From the NCBI GenBank assembly GCA_951406725.2, contig OX597834.1:21948001-22012000 (forward strand): a stretch of DNA of 64,000 bases, given 5' to 3'. The DNA is from Octopus vulgaris (Eukaryota). Positions 39,488 through 52,772 of this stretch are shown here, piece by piece. The notes beneath the pieces were generated by a model. The model worked only from the letters and a program-made list of their open reading frames with translations. It had not been told where the DNA came from and did not search any database. The first letter of the stretch is position 1; each line of letters starts with the position of its first letter. The position numbers were made by a program, and so were the translations under genes.

Positions 39488-39846
39488 CAATCAGTTGTAG
39501 AGAAATGACTCTTGGTGAGCTCTACGGAATTATATTCTTCACCGTTTGCAAAGACTAAAAGCAAGTGTTAAATCAAAAGCGCACACATGCACACACACGT
39601 GTGTGTGTATGTGTGTGTGTGTATTTTGGTTCAATTTGTTCCGGTGAAGGAATCGCTTCCTGCTGTTAATCAAGCTCACCATTCTTCTAGATTTTCTTGA
39701 TTTCACTTTAGTGCAACAAAACGAATGAGGTTTGGTCCAAAATATTCTTGGAAACTAAAACGAAAATTATTGATAAAAACACAAGAACAGCAGCAATAAC
39801 AATATCCACAACAAAAACAACAACTGCAGTGATGGTGTTAATGATA

Positions 39847-39887
<41 letters not shown>

Positions 39888-40010
39888 CATTATTAGTCAG
39901 AGTTTTTTCTTTTGTCACACATGACTTTCTGTTTCTTGTGTGTTTTCTTCTCTCTGGTTTTGTTCTGTTTATTCCATTTTGTCTCTGACAAATAAACTAA
40001 TAATAATAAC

Positions 40011-40051
<41 letters not shown>

Positions 40052-40074
40052 TAATAATAATAATAATGATAATA

Positions 40075-40330
40075 ATGGTTTCGAATTTTGGCACAAGCCC
40101 AGGAAATTCAGGGTAAGAGGAAAAGTCGATTACATCGACGCCATTATTCGACTGGTACTTATTTTATTGACCCTGAAAGGATGAAAGTTAAATTCAACCT
40201 TGGCGGAATTTGAACCCAGAATGTAAACACAGACAAAATGCTGCTAAGCATTTTGCCTGTCATGCTAACAGTTCTGCCAGCTTGCCACCTTACATAAAAA
40301 ATATTATTAATAATAATAATGATGATGATG

Positions 40331-40365
<35 letters not shown>

Positions 40366-40540
40366 CCTTTCTACTATAGGCAGAAGGCCTGAAATTTTGT
40401 GAGAGGGGACTAGTTGATTACATCCACCCCTGTATTCAGCTGGTTCTTATTTTATTGATCTCAAAAGGGTGAAAGTCAACTTTGGCAAAATTTGAACTCA
40501 GAGTCTAGCATTCTAATGATTCTGTCAGCTTGCTACTTTG
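40075..40540 (-). mobile_element. Two SINE family C copies in an (AAT)n tract
   Basis: Family C motif series twice, separated by (AAT)n. Confidence 0.8.
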
Positions 40541-41719
40541 ATAACAACAACAATAATAATAATAGTAATAATGTCCGTCTACCAAATCAACTCACAAGAC
40601 TTAGGTCTGATGCTATAGTAGAAAACACTTACCCAGGGTGCAACGATGGGAGACTGAACCCAGAACCATGCAATTGGGAAGCAAGCTTCTTACCACCCAG
40701 CCTCACCTGTGTCTGTATTCTCCATTGTTATTGAGAAAAAGTGTGAACTAGTGCAGGCAGGAAAGCTTGGTCGTGCTGATGGCCACAATATCCGAATTTT
40801 AGTGACCTGAGGTCATTAAGAAAATGAAGAATGACCTTGCATCCCTGGTTAACCTAAGGCTCCTGTAATTGAAGAAACAGTCCTTAGTAGCACAGCTTAT
40901 ATTGGATAAAGAAAAGGAGAGAGAGAGAGGGAGAGCAAAAGATAATTTACTTTGGACTCGAAATAATATCAATAATAACGATCGCACATTTCTCGTGTAA
41001 TTTTACTAAGCCTATTATGGCAAATAGCTATCATGTCTGGGAAATGAAGAAAATGGAGCTAAAAAGGAAATATTTTTTTAAAAACAGAAAGAGTAAAAGA
41101 AAAATAAATAGTTATTGGTCTTTGACAAAAAAAAAATAATGTTGAAAAGACAAAAAGTAAACAATCGTGAAGAATCTGAAAGAAAATGGCTGGGTTTTTT
41201 TTTTTTTTTTCTTTTAGAGAGAGGTGATGGTGTTTGGGTTTGGAATTGTTCAGTAAATGTCATTAGTTTAAATGTCATCAAATTAATTAGTTTAAAATGT
41301 ACATGTAATAAGTTGTACAGTAAAACAAAAAAAAAAAGTAAAAAGAGAAAATAGATGTTTTTCATCAATTTTATCATAAACATAATGGATAACTAATTTA
41401 AACAATAGAAAACTTATAAATATTCTCCTCGAATCTATCTTAATACAATTATAACATTTCTTAACCAATATTAACACGAAAGGAGGCAGTGAGCAGACAG
41501 AATCTTTAACACACCTGATAAAATGCTTGGCAGCATTTCATCCAACTTTATGGTCTGGGTTCAAATTCCATCACAATTAACTTTGCCTTTCATCCTTTCG
41601 GGGTCAATAAAATGAGTACCTGTTGAGCATGGGGGGGTCAATGTAATCGACTCATCCCCCCTCCTCTAAAATTGCTATTCTTGCACCAAAATTTGAAACT
41701 AGTATCAACATAAAATTGA

Positions 41720-42015
41720 TATAATCTAACCAACCTTAACAGAAAGATAATATGTATTCTCAAACCGGTCTTCACACAAATATACTAGATGTTATTCATC
41801 TAATATACTCACAGAATTCTATTCTCAAACCAGGTTTAACAGAATAAAAATAATATATGTTGTCAAACCAGTCTTAAATAAATATAATAGATATTATTTA
41901 ACCAATATGAACATAAAGATCGTTGATATTTTCTAACCAGTCTAAAGAGAAAAAATAATATATTTTCTCTAACCGATCTTAACGGAAAAAGAAATATTCT
42001 GTAACCAATCTTTCA
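41720..42015. repeat. Diverged ~34-bp minisatellite, about 8-9 copies
   Basis: Recurrent (T/A)AACCAGTCTTAACAGAAAAATAATATATTTTC-like unit. Confidence 0.7.
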
Positions 42016-42269
42016 TCTTAACACTTAAGAAAACTAGCGATAAGCACTTCTTGTCATTTTTGATCTCAATGATTCTTTTACTATTTTTAATGGAAACATT
42101 ATCTAGGTAAAAAAAAAATTTTCTTGAAGCTTCTGTTTCCAGATAATCAAAGAACATTGAAATATATCATAACATAGAAGATAGAATTGGTCATCTTTGA
42201 GAAGAACTTCAATTTATTAGCTTTATAATTTTCCTACAGTGTTGGCTGTAAATATTCAATATTTGATAC

Positions 42270-42670
42270 ATCTTTGCCTTTCATTTTTCTTGGCTCAACT
42301 TTGCCTTTCATCCTTCTTGCTTCAACTTTGCCTTACATTCTTCCTGGGTCAGCTTCACTTTCCATCTTTCCTGGGTCAACTTTACCTTCCCCGTTCAGCT
42401 TTACTTTTCATCCTTTTGAGATCAATTTTTCCTTTCATCTTTCCTTCATCACCTTTGCTCTCTCTCATCATTCCTTGGTCAGCTTTGCACTTTCATCTTT
42501 CTTTCATCAGCTTTGCCATTAGATCTTACCTGGATCGGCTTTGCCCTTTCATCTTTCCTGGGTCAACTTTGCCTTACAGCCTTCCTTGTTCAACTTTGCC
42601 TTTCACTCTTTCAGGATCAATTTTTCCTTTCATCATTCCTAGGTTAACTTTGCCCTTCCATCATTCTGCT
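42270..42670 (+). repeat. ~27-bp minisatellite derived from the SINE family C domain, about 15 copies
   Basis: Unit GGTCAACTTTGCCTTTCATCTTTCCTG matches GGTCGACTTTGCCTTTCATCCTTTCGG in family C. Confidence 0.85.
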
Positions 42671-42742
42671 TTGTGTCTTTTGCTTTTGCCCATGGCCCAC
42701 ATCATCATCATTTAATCTCCATTTTCCATGCTGGCATGTATA

Positions 42743-43117
42743 TATACATACATAAATGTGTAATGGTGTCTGTCTGTGTGTATTTGGGGTTACTCTAACC
42801 CCTCCCACACTGCCTAAACGATTTTAATGATTTTTGGCACATAGGTAGATCACATGTCCTGAAGTTCAAATGAGGCTGGAATTTTTCAAAGTCTCGATAA
42901 TGCTTAGCTGGCATTGATTTTTGTGAGCTCAATCGGGCATTTGAATGGAAATTCCCATAACAATGTTATTTTTCCTGCAGCTTTTGCATTTTTTCACATG
43001 TAAAATTTCAACAAAATTGACAGAATAGTCTCTAAGGAAATGCTTATTCAATACAAGGTCAGAGGTGGGCTTAACTTTAACATGGAAACCACGAGCAACA
43101 TCGGGTCCAACAACTTG
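42743..43117 (+). mobile_element. Degenerate non-autonomous Helitron
   Basis: 5' AT-rich start then GTCTGTCTGTGTG as in the 25466 element; subterminal CGAGCAACATCGGG; end CTTG instead of CTAG. Confidence 0.55.
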
Positions 43118-43315
43118 TATATACATATATATATGATGATGATGATGATGATGATATATATATCAAGGGCAAGCAAGTACATATACAAGTCACCAAAATG
43201 CTAGTAAAAGACACCAATGTCTAAAATTTACCTTATGATATCATCATAAAGTATAAGCACATGTCATACTTGTGCAAATAAACGAAGCACATTCATATAT
43301 ATATATATATATATT

Positions 43316-43347
<32 letters not shown>

Positions 43348-44028
43348 AGACAGACGGACAGACAGAGAGTTGTTGCCAAACAGTTAATGTATTGTAATGT
43401 ACTGTTTCTGTAAGGTATGTCATGGTTGGAAGACATATTGGTTGTCTATAGTGAATAACTCCTTTTCTTTTCACAACACTATCACATGCACACACACATT
43501 TACTATATACAACCATCCTGCACAAACTCATACACCAGATGCACACACAAACACACCCACACTCACAAATACTCATATACCCATACATACCACAATGCAC
43601 ATAGACACACACATAAAGCTCTCTCTCTCTCTCTCTCTCCCTCTCTCTCTCTCAAGAAAATTTTCAGAAAATAGCTTTTTCTTTTCTTTTGCAGGTAATC
43701 TTTTGAAGTAGGCTTTACATTTTTTTAACAGATAATTTGGGTACATGGAGGGATGTGTGTATGTGTGTGTACATATATATATATACACCCTTGTGCACAA
43801 ACATAGAAGCATACACACACACATATATATGGATGGATATGTATATCATTATATATATATATATAAATGTTTGTATAAGCACACGTGTGTGTATGTATGT
43901 ATAAGCACACATGAGTGTATATATGTATAAGCACACGTATGTGTATGTATATAAACACACATGTATGCTTGTGTGTATGTACATATATATATATATATAT
44001 ATATGTATATATTTACATGTATGCATGA

Positions 44029-44067
<39 letters not shown>

Positions 44068-44454
44068 TATATATGTGTATATTTACATATACTTATATGT
44101 TTAAATATATATACATTTGCATATACATGTAAATATTTGTGTGTGTGTGTGTGTGTATAAAAGAGTTTCCAAATACCAATGTAGCTTCATTATGGAGAAC
44201 TATAATTCTTCCACAGAGCCAAAATTGTTAAAAGGATATTTTGGTTGTTTTGGTTGCTGGAAGACTTAGGTAGAAAAAGATACTCTTGAAGTAAATAGAA
44301 AATGTTCTCTGCTCACAATTAATTCCAGCCAAAGTTTGGTTTTGTTTCCTTCCAGCAAACTGTAATTATATAATTCACCATCAACTCCATGCTACGACAA
44401 ACCACTGGCTGTACTTCGCAATATATATTTAAAAAATCACACCCAAAGACATAA

Positions 44455-45910
44455 ATTTTGTAGAGAGGAACACGGTCAATTAAATTGTTGCCCCCAGAAC
44501 ATATCTGGTACTAAAAATATAGGTTTCTAAGGCAATGTACATATAAAGGAGCCAAGTTTGTGAGAGGGACTACAGTTGATTAAACTGGATCCTACAGCTT
44601 AACTAGTTCTCAGAATGTAGGTTTCTATGGGTGCCGATTTTATTGAGAGGGGCGTGGTCAAATAAATGGGATCCCAGTGCTTACCTGGTACTTAGAATAT
44701 AGGTTTTTAAGACAATTTACTTACAAAAAAAGTCAAGTTTGTTAGGAGGACTGTAGTTGATTAAAGTGGACCCTACTACTTGTTCTCAGAATATAGACTT
44801 CTAAGGGCACCAGTTTTATTGAGAAGGGCTTCGTTGATTAAAGAGAACCCCAGAACTTACCTGGTACTTAAAATATAAGTTTTTAAGGTAACATTCATAC
44901 AAGGGACATATTCAGTAATGAACACAATAACTGGCACTTCATCGGGTCCGATAAGGGCTCTGCTCATGAAATACTTTTCTACTCTAGGCACAAGGCCTGA
45001 AATTTTGGGGGCAGTCAATTAGATTGACCCCAGTATGCAACTGGTACTTAATTTATCGACCCTGAAAGGATAAAAGTAAAGTCAATCTTGGCAGAATTTG
45101 GACTCAAAACGTAAAGACAGACGAAATACTGCTAAGCATTTTGCCCACCATGCTAACATCTCTTATTTTTTTACTGCCCACAAGGGACTACACACAGAGG
45201 GGTCAAACAAGGACAGACAAACGGATTAAGTCGATTATATTGACCCCAGTGCATAACTGGTACTTACTTAATCGACCCCCCCCCCCCCAAAGGATGAAAG
45301 GCAAAAATCGACCTTGGCAGAATTTAAACTCAGAACGTACCAGCAGACGGAATACTGCTAAGCATTTCGCCCAACGTGCTAATGTTTCTGCCACAGACAC
45401 ACGTACCCTTAACTTAATTCTTGGGGAGATTCAACGTGATACAGAGTTTATCATGGCTGACCCTTTTAAATACAAGTACTACTCCTTTTTGCCAGTTGAA
45501 TGGACTGGAGCAATTTGAAGTGAAGTACCTTGCTCAAGAACACAGGGCATCACCAGGAATCAAACTCACAACCTTATGATTGTCAGCCGAATACCCTAAC
45601 CCCTAAGCCATGCACCTTTATACACCTCACAGCATAGAGTTATTAAATAACATTGAAGTGTACCAAATTTATGGAGAGGGGTGAAGTTAATAAAACCAGG
45701 CCTCAGTACATACATGGTACTTAAAATAAGAGTTTTTAAGGTAACATGCATAGAAGGGAACCAATTTTGTAGGGAGTAGGGGATAGTTGATTAAACTGGA
45801 CCCTGCTACTTAACTAGTTCCGAAAATGTAAAATTCTAAGGTAAGGTTTATAAGGGCACCAATTTTGTAGGGCGTGGGAACAGTTGATTAAAATGGGCCC
45901 CTGTACTTCC
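44455..45910. repeat. Higher-order (~180-bp dimer) tandem array interrupted by SINEs at 44975-45620
   Basis: Alternating units ending CTGGTACTTAAAATATAGGTTT.TAAGG and CTAGTTCTCAGAAT.TAG..TTCTA.GGG.ACC; resumes at 45660. Confidence 0.75.
44975..45395 (-). mobile_element. Two SINE family C copies with two alternative 3' tails
   Basis: Tails TTTTCTACTCTAGGCACAAGGCC and TTTACTGCCCACAAGGGACTACACACAGAGGGG; the same two tails recur at 48108-48440. Confidence 0.75.
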
Positions 45911-46378
45911 AAATTACTGTTCTCCATATTTGAAAAGAAAAAAGCATTTAAGCCAACGATTATATGACCCCTCCCTTTCGTTATGGCATAAAGCCACATC
46001 ATTCAATATGTCCCCGCTTTTTTTCTTGTTTTTCTTTCTTTTTGTAGATGGCAGGATACAATTTGAGGGATTTGCAGCTGTTATTTCTAGCACATCTAGT
46101 GACTGCATAGAGGTTTCCCAGCAGTATTATTATTATTATTATTATTAGTAGTAGTAGTAGTAATAGTAGTAGTAGTAGTAGTAGTAGTTCTGGTGGTGGT
46201 GGTAATAATAATAGTAATGATCATAGTGAAGGTGGGGGTGGGGGTAATAGTAGTAGTAGCAGCAGCAGCAGCAAACAAACAAATAAAAAATGAGAGTATC
46301 GATGTTTTGTGCCCACAACATGAAGCATTTCTTACGAATCACCTCTGCAGTGTTTGTGTGCATGTGTTTATGTGCATG

Positions 46379-46421
<43 letters not shown>

Positions 46422-46621
46422 CATCATCATCATCATCATCATAGCCATTTCAGTCACCTTCATATACTGCTGTCATCATCATCATCATCATCATCATCAT
46501 CTTCAACTGGAAGTGCACGTGAGGAATTGAAGTTACTGTTATGATATAATATCTAAAAATAGACTTCCCTCTTCGTCATCTACAGCATCTGTGTGTGTGT
46601 GTGTGTGATTTCCTGTCATTC

Positions 46622-46663
<42 letters not shown>

Positions 46664-46957
46664 GTACTTGTATACCTGTGTGTGTGTGGATGTATAAAAA
46701 GATGTATCTATGCATGTATGTACATATGTAGGTATGTATGTATTATGTGTGCCTCTATAAATATGTATGTGTAATATGTTTGTGTGTGCTTGCATGTGTA
46801 TATATATATATACACATGCAAGCACACACAAACATATATATATATATATACATTATACATACATACACATGTGTATGTTTATATTTTTGCACTTATATGT
46901 CTTAGCACACACACATAGATAGATAGATAGATACACACACACACACGTGTGTGTGTG

Positions 46958-46988
<31 letters not shown>

Positions 46989-47091
46989 ATATATATATAT
47001 ATATATATCTTGAGAGAGAGAGAGAGAGAGAGGTGTATGTATATGTATCATCATCATTTTTTATCTGTTTTCCATCCTGGCATGTGTTGGC

Positions 47092-47126
<35 letters not shown>

Positions 47127-47779
47127 CATACATATACACATATACACACACACATATATATGATCCTATTTGCATTATACTTTATATTCATTAATAAAAG
47201 CTATCCATTTCTTTCACATTTTCTCTCTCCATTCTCTATTTCTCTCTCTCCTCCACCCCACATGCAATGTTTCATGCCACACCCCTATCTTATGAAACGT
47301 GGTTGTGGGTATAGTTAAATGCCTAGTGACACTTTTACTTTACCTGTCTCATCCTCTCTTTCTCTCTCTCTCTCTCTCCTCCCACCCTTTCCTCCCTCTC
47401 TCTTTCTCCCCCCCTCTCTTTCTTTTAACATCTCTGTATTAATCAGAATACATTGATAATAATTAAGTTTTAATTAGAAAAAAAATAATTTGAAAATTTC
47501 ATCTTAGAAAATATGTTCACACACACACAATTATTATTATTATTATTATTATTACTTTTATTAGGGTTGTAAATTGGGGGATCTGTTAGAGCTTTAGAAT
47601 GATTTGCCTTGTATTTGTACCTGCTCTTTATATTGTGAGTTCAAACCCTGTCAAAGGCAACTTTGACTTTCATCCCACCAGGGCCAATAAAAAATAAAAT
47701 ACCATTCAAGAACTCAGCTTGAAATTGCTTGAATTTGATAGCCTTGTATCCAAATCAGAAGCCCTTAATATTATTGTTA

Positions 47780-48108
47780 TTGAGTGAGAGGGCAGTGCAT
47801 ACCATCAAAGTAACACTGGGGTACAGATATATGAAGCCCAGTATACCCATCCTGACTACCCGTCTCAAAAGGGTACACCAGACAAATGCATCACAACCAT
47901 GTGATCTCATGTCAAGATAAACAGCGAATGACTTTGCAGGAGGGGCCCAGTTGGAATTTTCTTCAGGTTGTGTAGCCCATCCCAGTCAAAAGGTCCCTGA
48001 ATAAGGATTGTTTAAGGATGTTGAACAAACCACCCATGTTTCCAAAGGTGAATTATCCAAATTCCAAAGAATTTTTTTCAACACATGGCTATGATGCTCC
48101 CCCACTAC
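47780..48108. repeat. Unclassified interspersed repeat
   Basis: Non-microsatellite block truncated by a family C SINE; I recall it as a common octopus repeat but see no second copy here. Confidence 0.3.
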
Positions 48109-49099
48109 TTCTGAGTTCAAATTCTGCCGAGGTCGACTTTGCCTTTCATCCTTTCGGAGTCGATTAAATAAGTACCAGTTACACACTAGGGTTGATATAA
48201 TCGACTTAATCTATGTGTCTGTCCTTGTTGGTCCTCTCTGTGTTTAGCCCCTTGTGGGTAGTAAAGAAATAGGTATTTCATCTGTCACTACATTCTGAGT
48301 TCAAATTCCGCCAAGGTCGACTTTGCCTTTCATCCTTTTGGGGTTGATAAATTGAGTACCAGTGAAATATGGGGGTCGATGTAATCAGTTAACCCCACTT
48401 CCTACAAATTTCAGGCTTTGTGCCTATAATAGAAAGGATTATTATTATTATTATTATTATTAGCAGCAGTAGTAGTAGTAGTAAACTGTGATGTAATATT
48501 TTGGTGGTCGTTACAACATAAACCAAAGTAGGTCTCCCAGAGAGTTGTGTTTGTGTGATGTGATGTTCGATAAGGGTATCAAACAATGTCTGTGTGTCTC
48601 TGTGTTTGCATGTGTGTGGGCGTGTAGTAGTGGTGGTGGTGAGTGGGAATGGATGTGATACCCCGGGTGGGTGTAGTTTTCTCGATAGATGACATTAAGT
48701 GATGGTGTTGAAAGGAAATATGATAATATCATATTGACTCAGCTACTATAACGGTGATGGTGGTGGTAGTGGGGGGACCGGGTGTTGTGGTGGTGGGGTA
48801 TGGTGTCGGGGGGAGGGGATGGGAGGGCATGCGTTTTATTGAATACAAACATTGAATTCAATAATTAACACCATTCATACGGTTCCTCAGTGCTTGCTTC
48901 CAGTGTTTGGTGCATCAATAATTCTCAGGATGATGGAATGGTGCTGTCGGCAGAGTAACAGAGACAGAAATACCTTGATGTATTATGTTAATGTTCCTCT
49001 TTCTGTTCTGGGTTCAAACCTCACTAAGGGCGTGTCGAGATTTTCGGCTTTTTTTTTTCCTCTTTCTTTTTGTATCCTTCCTGCCATTGTCTTTTACCT

Positions 49100-49475
49100 T
49101 CTACTCGTTTCAGCCATTTGACTGTGGCCATTCTGGGGCACTGCCTTGATGGGTTTTAGTCAAACAAATCAATCCTTGGATTTATTTTTTAAAGCCTAGT
49201 ACTTGTTCTATCGATAACTTTTTGCTGAACTGCTAAGTTACAGGGGGCATAAACACACTGCCACCAGCTAAGCAATGGTGGAGAACAAACACACACACAC
49301 ATACACACATATATATATACAATGGGCTTCTTTCAGTTTCCGTCTACCAAATCCACTCACAAGGCTTTGGTCAGCTTGAGGCTTTAGTAGAAGACACTTG
49401 CCGAAGGTGCCATGCAGTGGGACTGAACCCAGAAACATGTATTTGGGAAGCAAGCTTCTTCCCGTACAGCCATGA
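49100..49475 (-). mobile_element. SINE family A
   Basis: Reverse-strand family A motif series. Confidence 0.8.
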
Positions 49476-50089
49476 AATGAAGTACCAGTAATATCTGGAG
49501 TTCTACTTCAATCGACTGCCTAGTAATTTCTGATGAGCTTACAAGGTAATTTCTACATGGTATCTGAACCAGCTAGAAATAACAGTTGAATCTCTCTCAA
49601 AACATATGCTGCTCTAGTGGTTCAGAATGACATTGTTGGGCAGGTGTAAGAGGCTGAATCTGGCTGGTTTGAGCATAAAACATGGTACAATATTTGGGGC
49701 CTGTTCAAGATTTTAAATTCAAACAATACCAAAGCCAGGAAGAGTGCCATGTACTTTAAGCATAAGAAGAACCAAGTGTCAAGGTTGCAGAGACATTAAA
49801 GGCCACATTTCTATATAAACGTTGCTCCACCAGCCCTCGTTGACTAAATAATTATTGATTCACCATTGAAAAATTGAATAGATCCAATTTTGGTTTAGGT
49901 TCCAAGTTTGTATGTTCAGGTTTTTTTTTTTTGTTTTTTGTTTGCTTCTTTTTGTTTTCTTTTTGTTTTTAGTTTTTTGGATTTTTTTTCTTTTTATTTC
50001 CCCTTCCATTCAATTTTACATAAATATTGCTTATTAGAATCTTGCAAAGCTGACAAATTTTCTGGCCTATTCAAAGACTCTGGCATTCA

Positions 50090-50835
50090 TATATACACAC
50101 ATACAAACATACTTATGTCTACCCCATACACGCATGCAGGCATACATACATACATACGCAAACTTGTAAACATACTTACACACATGCACACATATACATC
50201 TACCCCTCATACACACACAAGCTTACATACACATAATACTTGTAGCCATATGCACACACATACATTATTATAAATATACACGTGTATACATACACACGTA
50301 CACATAATTACACAGAAATACATCTATAAGCACATATGTACATCTAACCCACAGACACACACAAGCATACTCACACACTCACAAACACACATACATATAC
50401 ATACACGTATGCATATTTGCACAGGCATACATACACACACACTGATACACATACTTACATACATTCATACACACTCACGCATACGCATACATGCACACAT
50501 ACATCCATACACACTTACACAGCCATATATGCACATACATACACATGCACCCATGCATACACATACACACATACATTCATACACACCATGTACACATACA
50601 CATACACACACATGCATACACACACATACACATATGCACACACATACATACATACACATATGCACACACATACATACATACACACATACATACACATGCA
50701 CCCATACATACATTCATACACACCCACACATCCATGTACACATATGCATATGCATACATACATACACACATACAGCCATACATACATACATACACATGCA
50801 CCCATGCATACATTCATATACACACACATACACAC
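50090..50835. repeat. Compound (CA)/(CATA)n tract
   Basis: Direct reading; source of the H/T/I/Y-rich ORFs. Confidence 0.9.
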
Positions 50836-50974
50836 AGTTATCTCTGTTCCTTTTTGCTTGCTTCCTTTAATGAGTTCAAACACTGAATGTTATGTTATTC
50901 ACATACAAGTTTCCATATAAAAATTCTCACAATTTGCATAAAATTTTATACTATCAATCTCTTCTATTTTGGTA

Positions 50975-51170
50975 CTGGGCGAAATGCTTAGCAGTATTTC
51001 ATCTGCCGCTATGTTCTGAGTTCAAATTCCACCAAGGTTGACTTTGCCTTTCATCCTTTTTTTTTGGGGGGGGGGGTCAATAAATTAAGTAACCAGTGAA
51101 ACACTGGAGTTGATGTAATCAACTAGTCCCCTCCCCCAAAATTTCAGGCCTTGTGCCTATAGTAGAAAGA

Positions 51171-51218
<48 letters not shown>

Positions 51219-51390
51219 TAGCACTTTGGTAAAAATTCCTCAGCAGCATTTCATCCAGTTTTACATTTTGTGTTCAAATTCCACTGAGGTCAACTTTACC
51301 TTTCATCCAATCAGGGTCAATAAAAGAAGTACCAGTCATACACTGGGGTCAATGCATTTTCAGGCCTTCTGCTCATAGTAGAAAGGATTT
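50975..51390 (+). mobile_element. Two SINE family C copies separated by (TTA)n
   Basis: GTTCAAATTCCAC...ACTTT.CCTTT(T)CATCC...CAGGCCTT...TAGTAGAAAG twice. Confidence 0.8.
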
Positions 51391-51402
51391 AACATTATTA
51401 TG

Positions 51403-51443
<41 letters not shown>

Positions 51444-51728
51444 AAGTAGCTTGTTAATTAAATTTCAATTCAAAACACAGAGTCAGGGACAAGATTATGT
51501 GGGCCCTTCTCTCCCCACCCCTCACTCATCCCCTGACCCCACACCTCAACCAAAATACAACACGTTTTCTGGAACATGCTTCAGGTATCAATAGCAAATA
51601 ATTATATAATACAAGTTACGTCAACTTTCCATTCACTGTGTGTGTATGTATGTATGTATATATGTGTGTGTGTATGTATATGTGTGTGTGTGTGTATGTA
51701 TATATGTGTGTGTGTGTGTATATATATA

Positions 51729-51781
<53 letters not shown>

Positions 51782-51841
51782 GTATGTATGTTTGTATACA
51801 AAGATGTATGAATAACATGTAATATACATAATGTGTATGTT

Positions 51842-51873
<32 letters not shown>

Positions 51874-52700
51874 TATATGTGTATAATTTATAAAATATAC
51901 GTATAAAACATATGGAATATGTAATATATGTAAATATGCTTAATATGTATAGTGTGTGTGTGTATGTGTGTGTACCTGCATGGGTGTGTTTCTGTATGTG
52001 TGTAGGTACGAAGGTAGGTTGGTTGATATGTGGGTTGGTTGGTCGGTATGTATATAGACTCGGAGTTTTTAAAGCAAAATGCAGTTTAGATTCCGTGTGC
52101 ATGCAAAGTGGATGCATAAGGCATAAGTAAAGATTCTAGTTCCACGATTTGTACGCAAAGAGAGAGAGAGAATGAGTGAGCTAATGGGGTAACCACAGTG
52201 TGGTCATATGGTCTGCTAGTAAAAGTAGCCAAATCCACCTAGTTCCCACCCTGACTTCTTTGAAATGGAAGGACATGCTAGAGCTTGTTGCACAAAATTT
52301 CTCTGTCTCTCTCTCTCTCTGTCTGTCTCTGTCTCTCTCTCTCTCTGGCATTGCGCATAGAGAGAGACAGACAGACAGACAGAGATGGTGAGTTGCAGAT
52401 ACTTACCGTGTTGATTGCTTTAATCAATCACATGAGCAAAATGTATTGATCTCTCCCATCTCATGTAAAGATCACGAGCTTTGCCCATTCTTTAGATTCA
52501 GCCATAAAAAAAAAGGGGAGAAAAAAGGGAGTTGAGACTTACAGCCTCCACCAAGGTGAAGGTTGCAACACTGACTTATCAAGCCTAATTGCCGTGTTAT
52601 ATAATTACTCTTTAACGTTTGCCTAATTATACAGTTGTTGAATGTGTGTGTGTGTGTGTGTGTGTGTGTTAGCATTAATCTCATTTTGTAAATACCTTAA

Positions 52701-52768
<68 letters not shown>

Positions 52769-52772
52769 GTGT

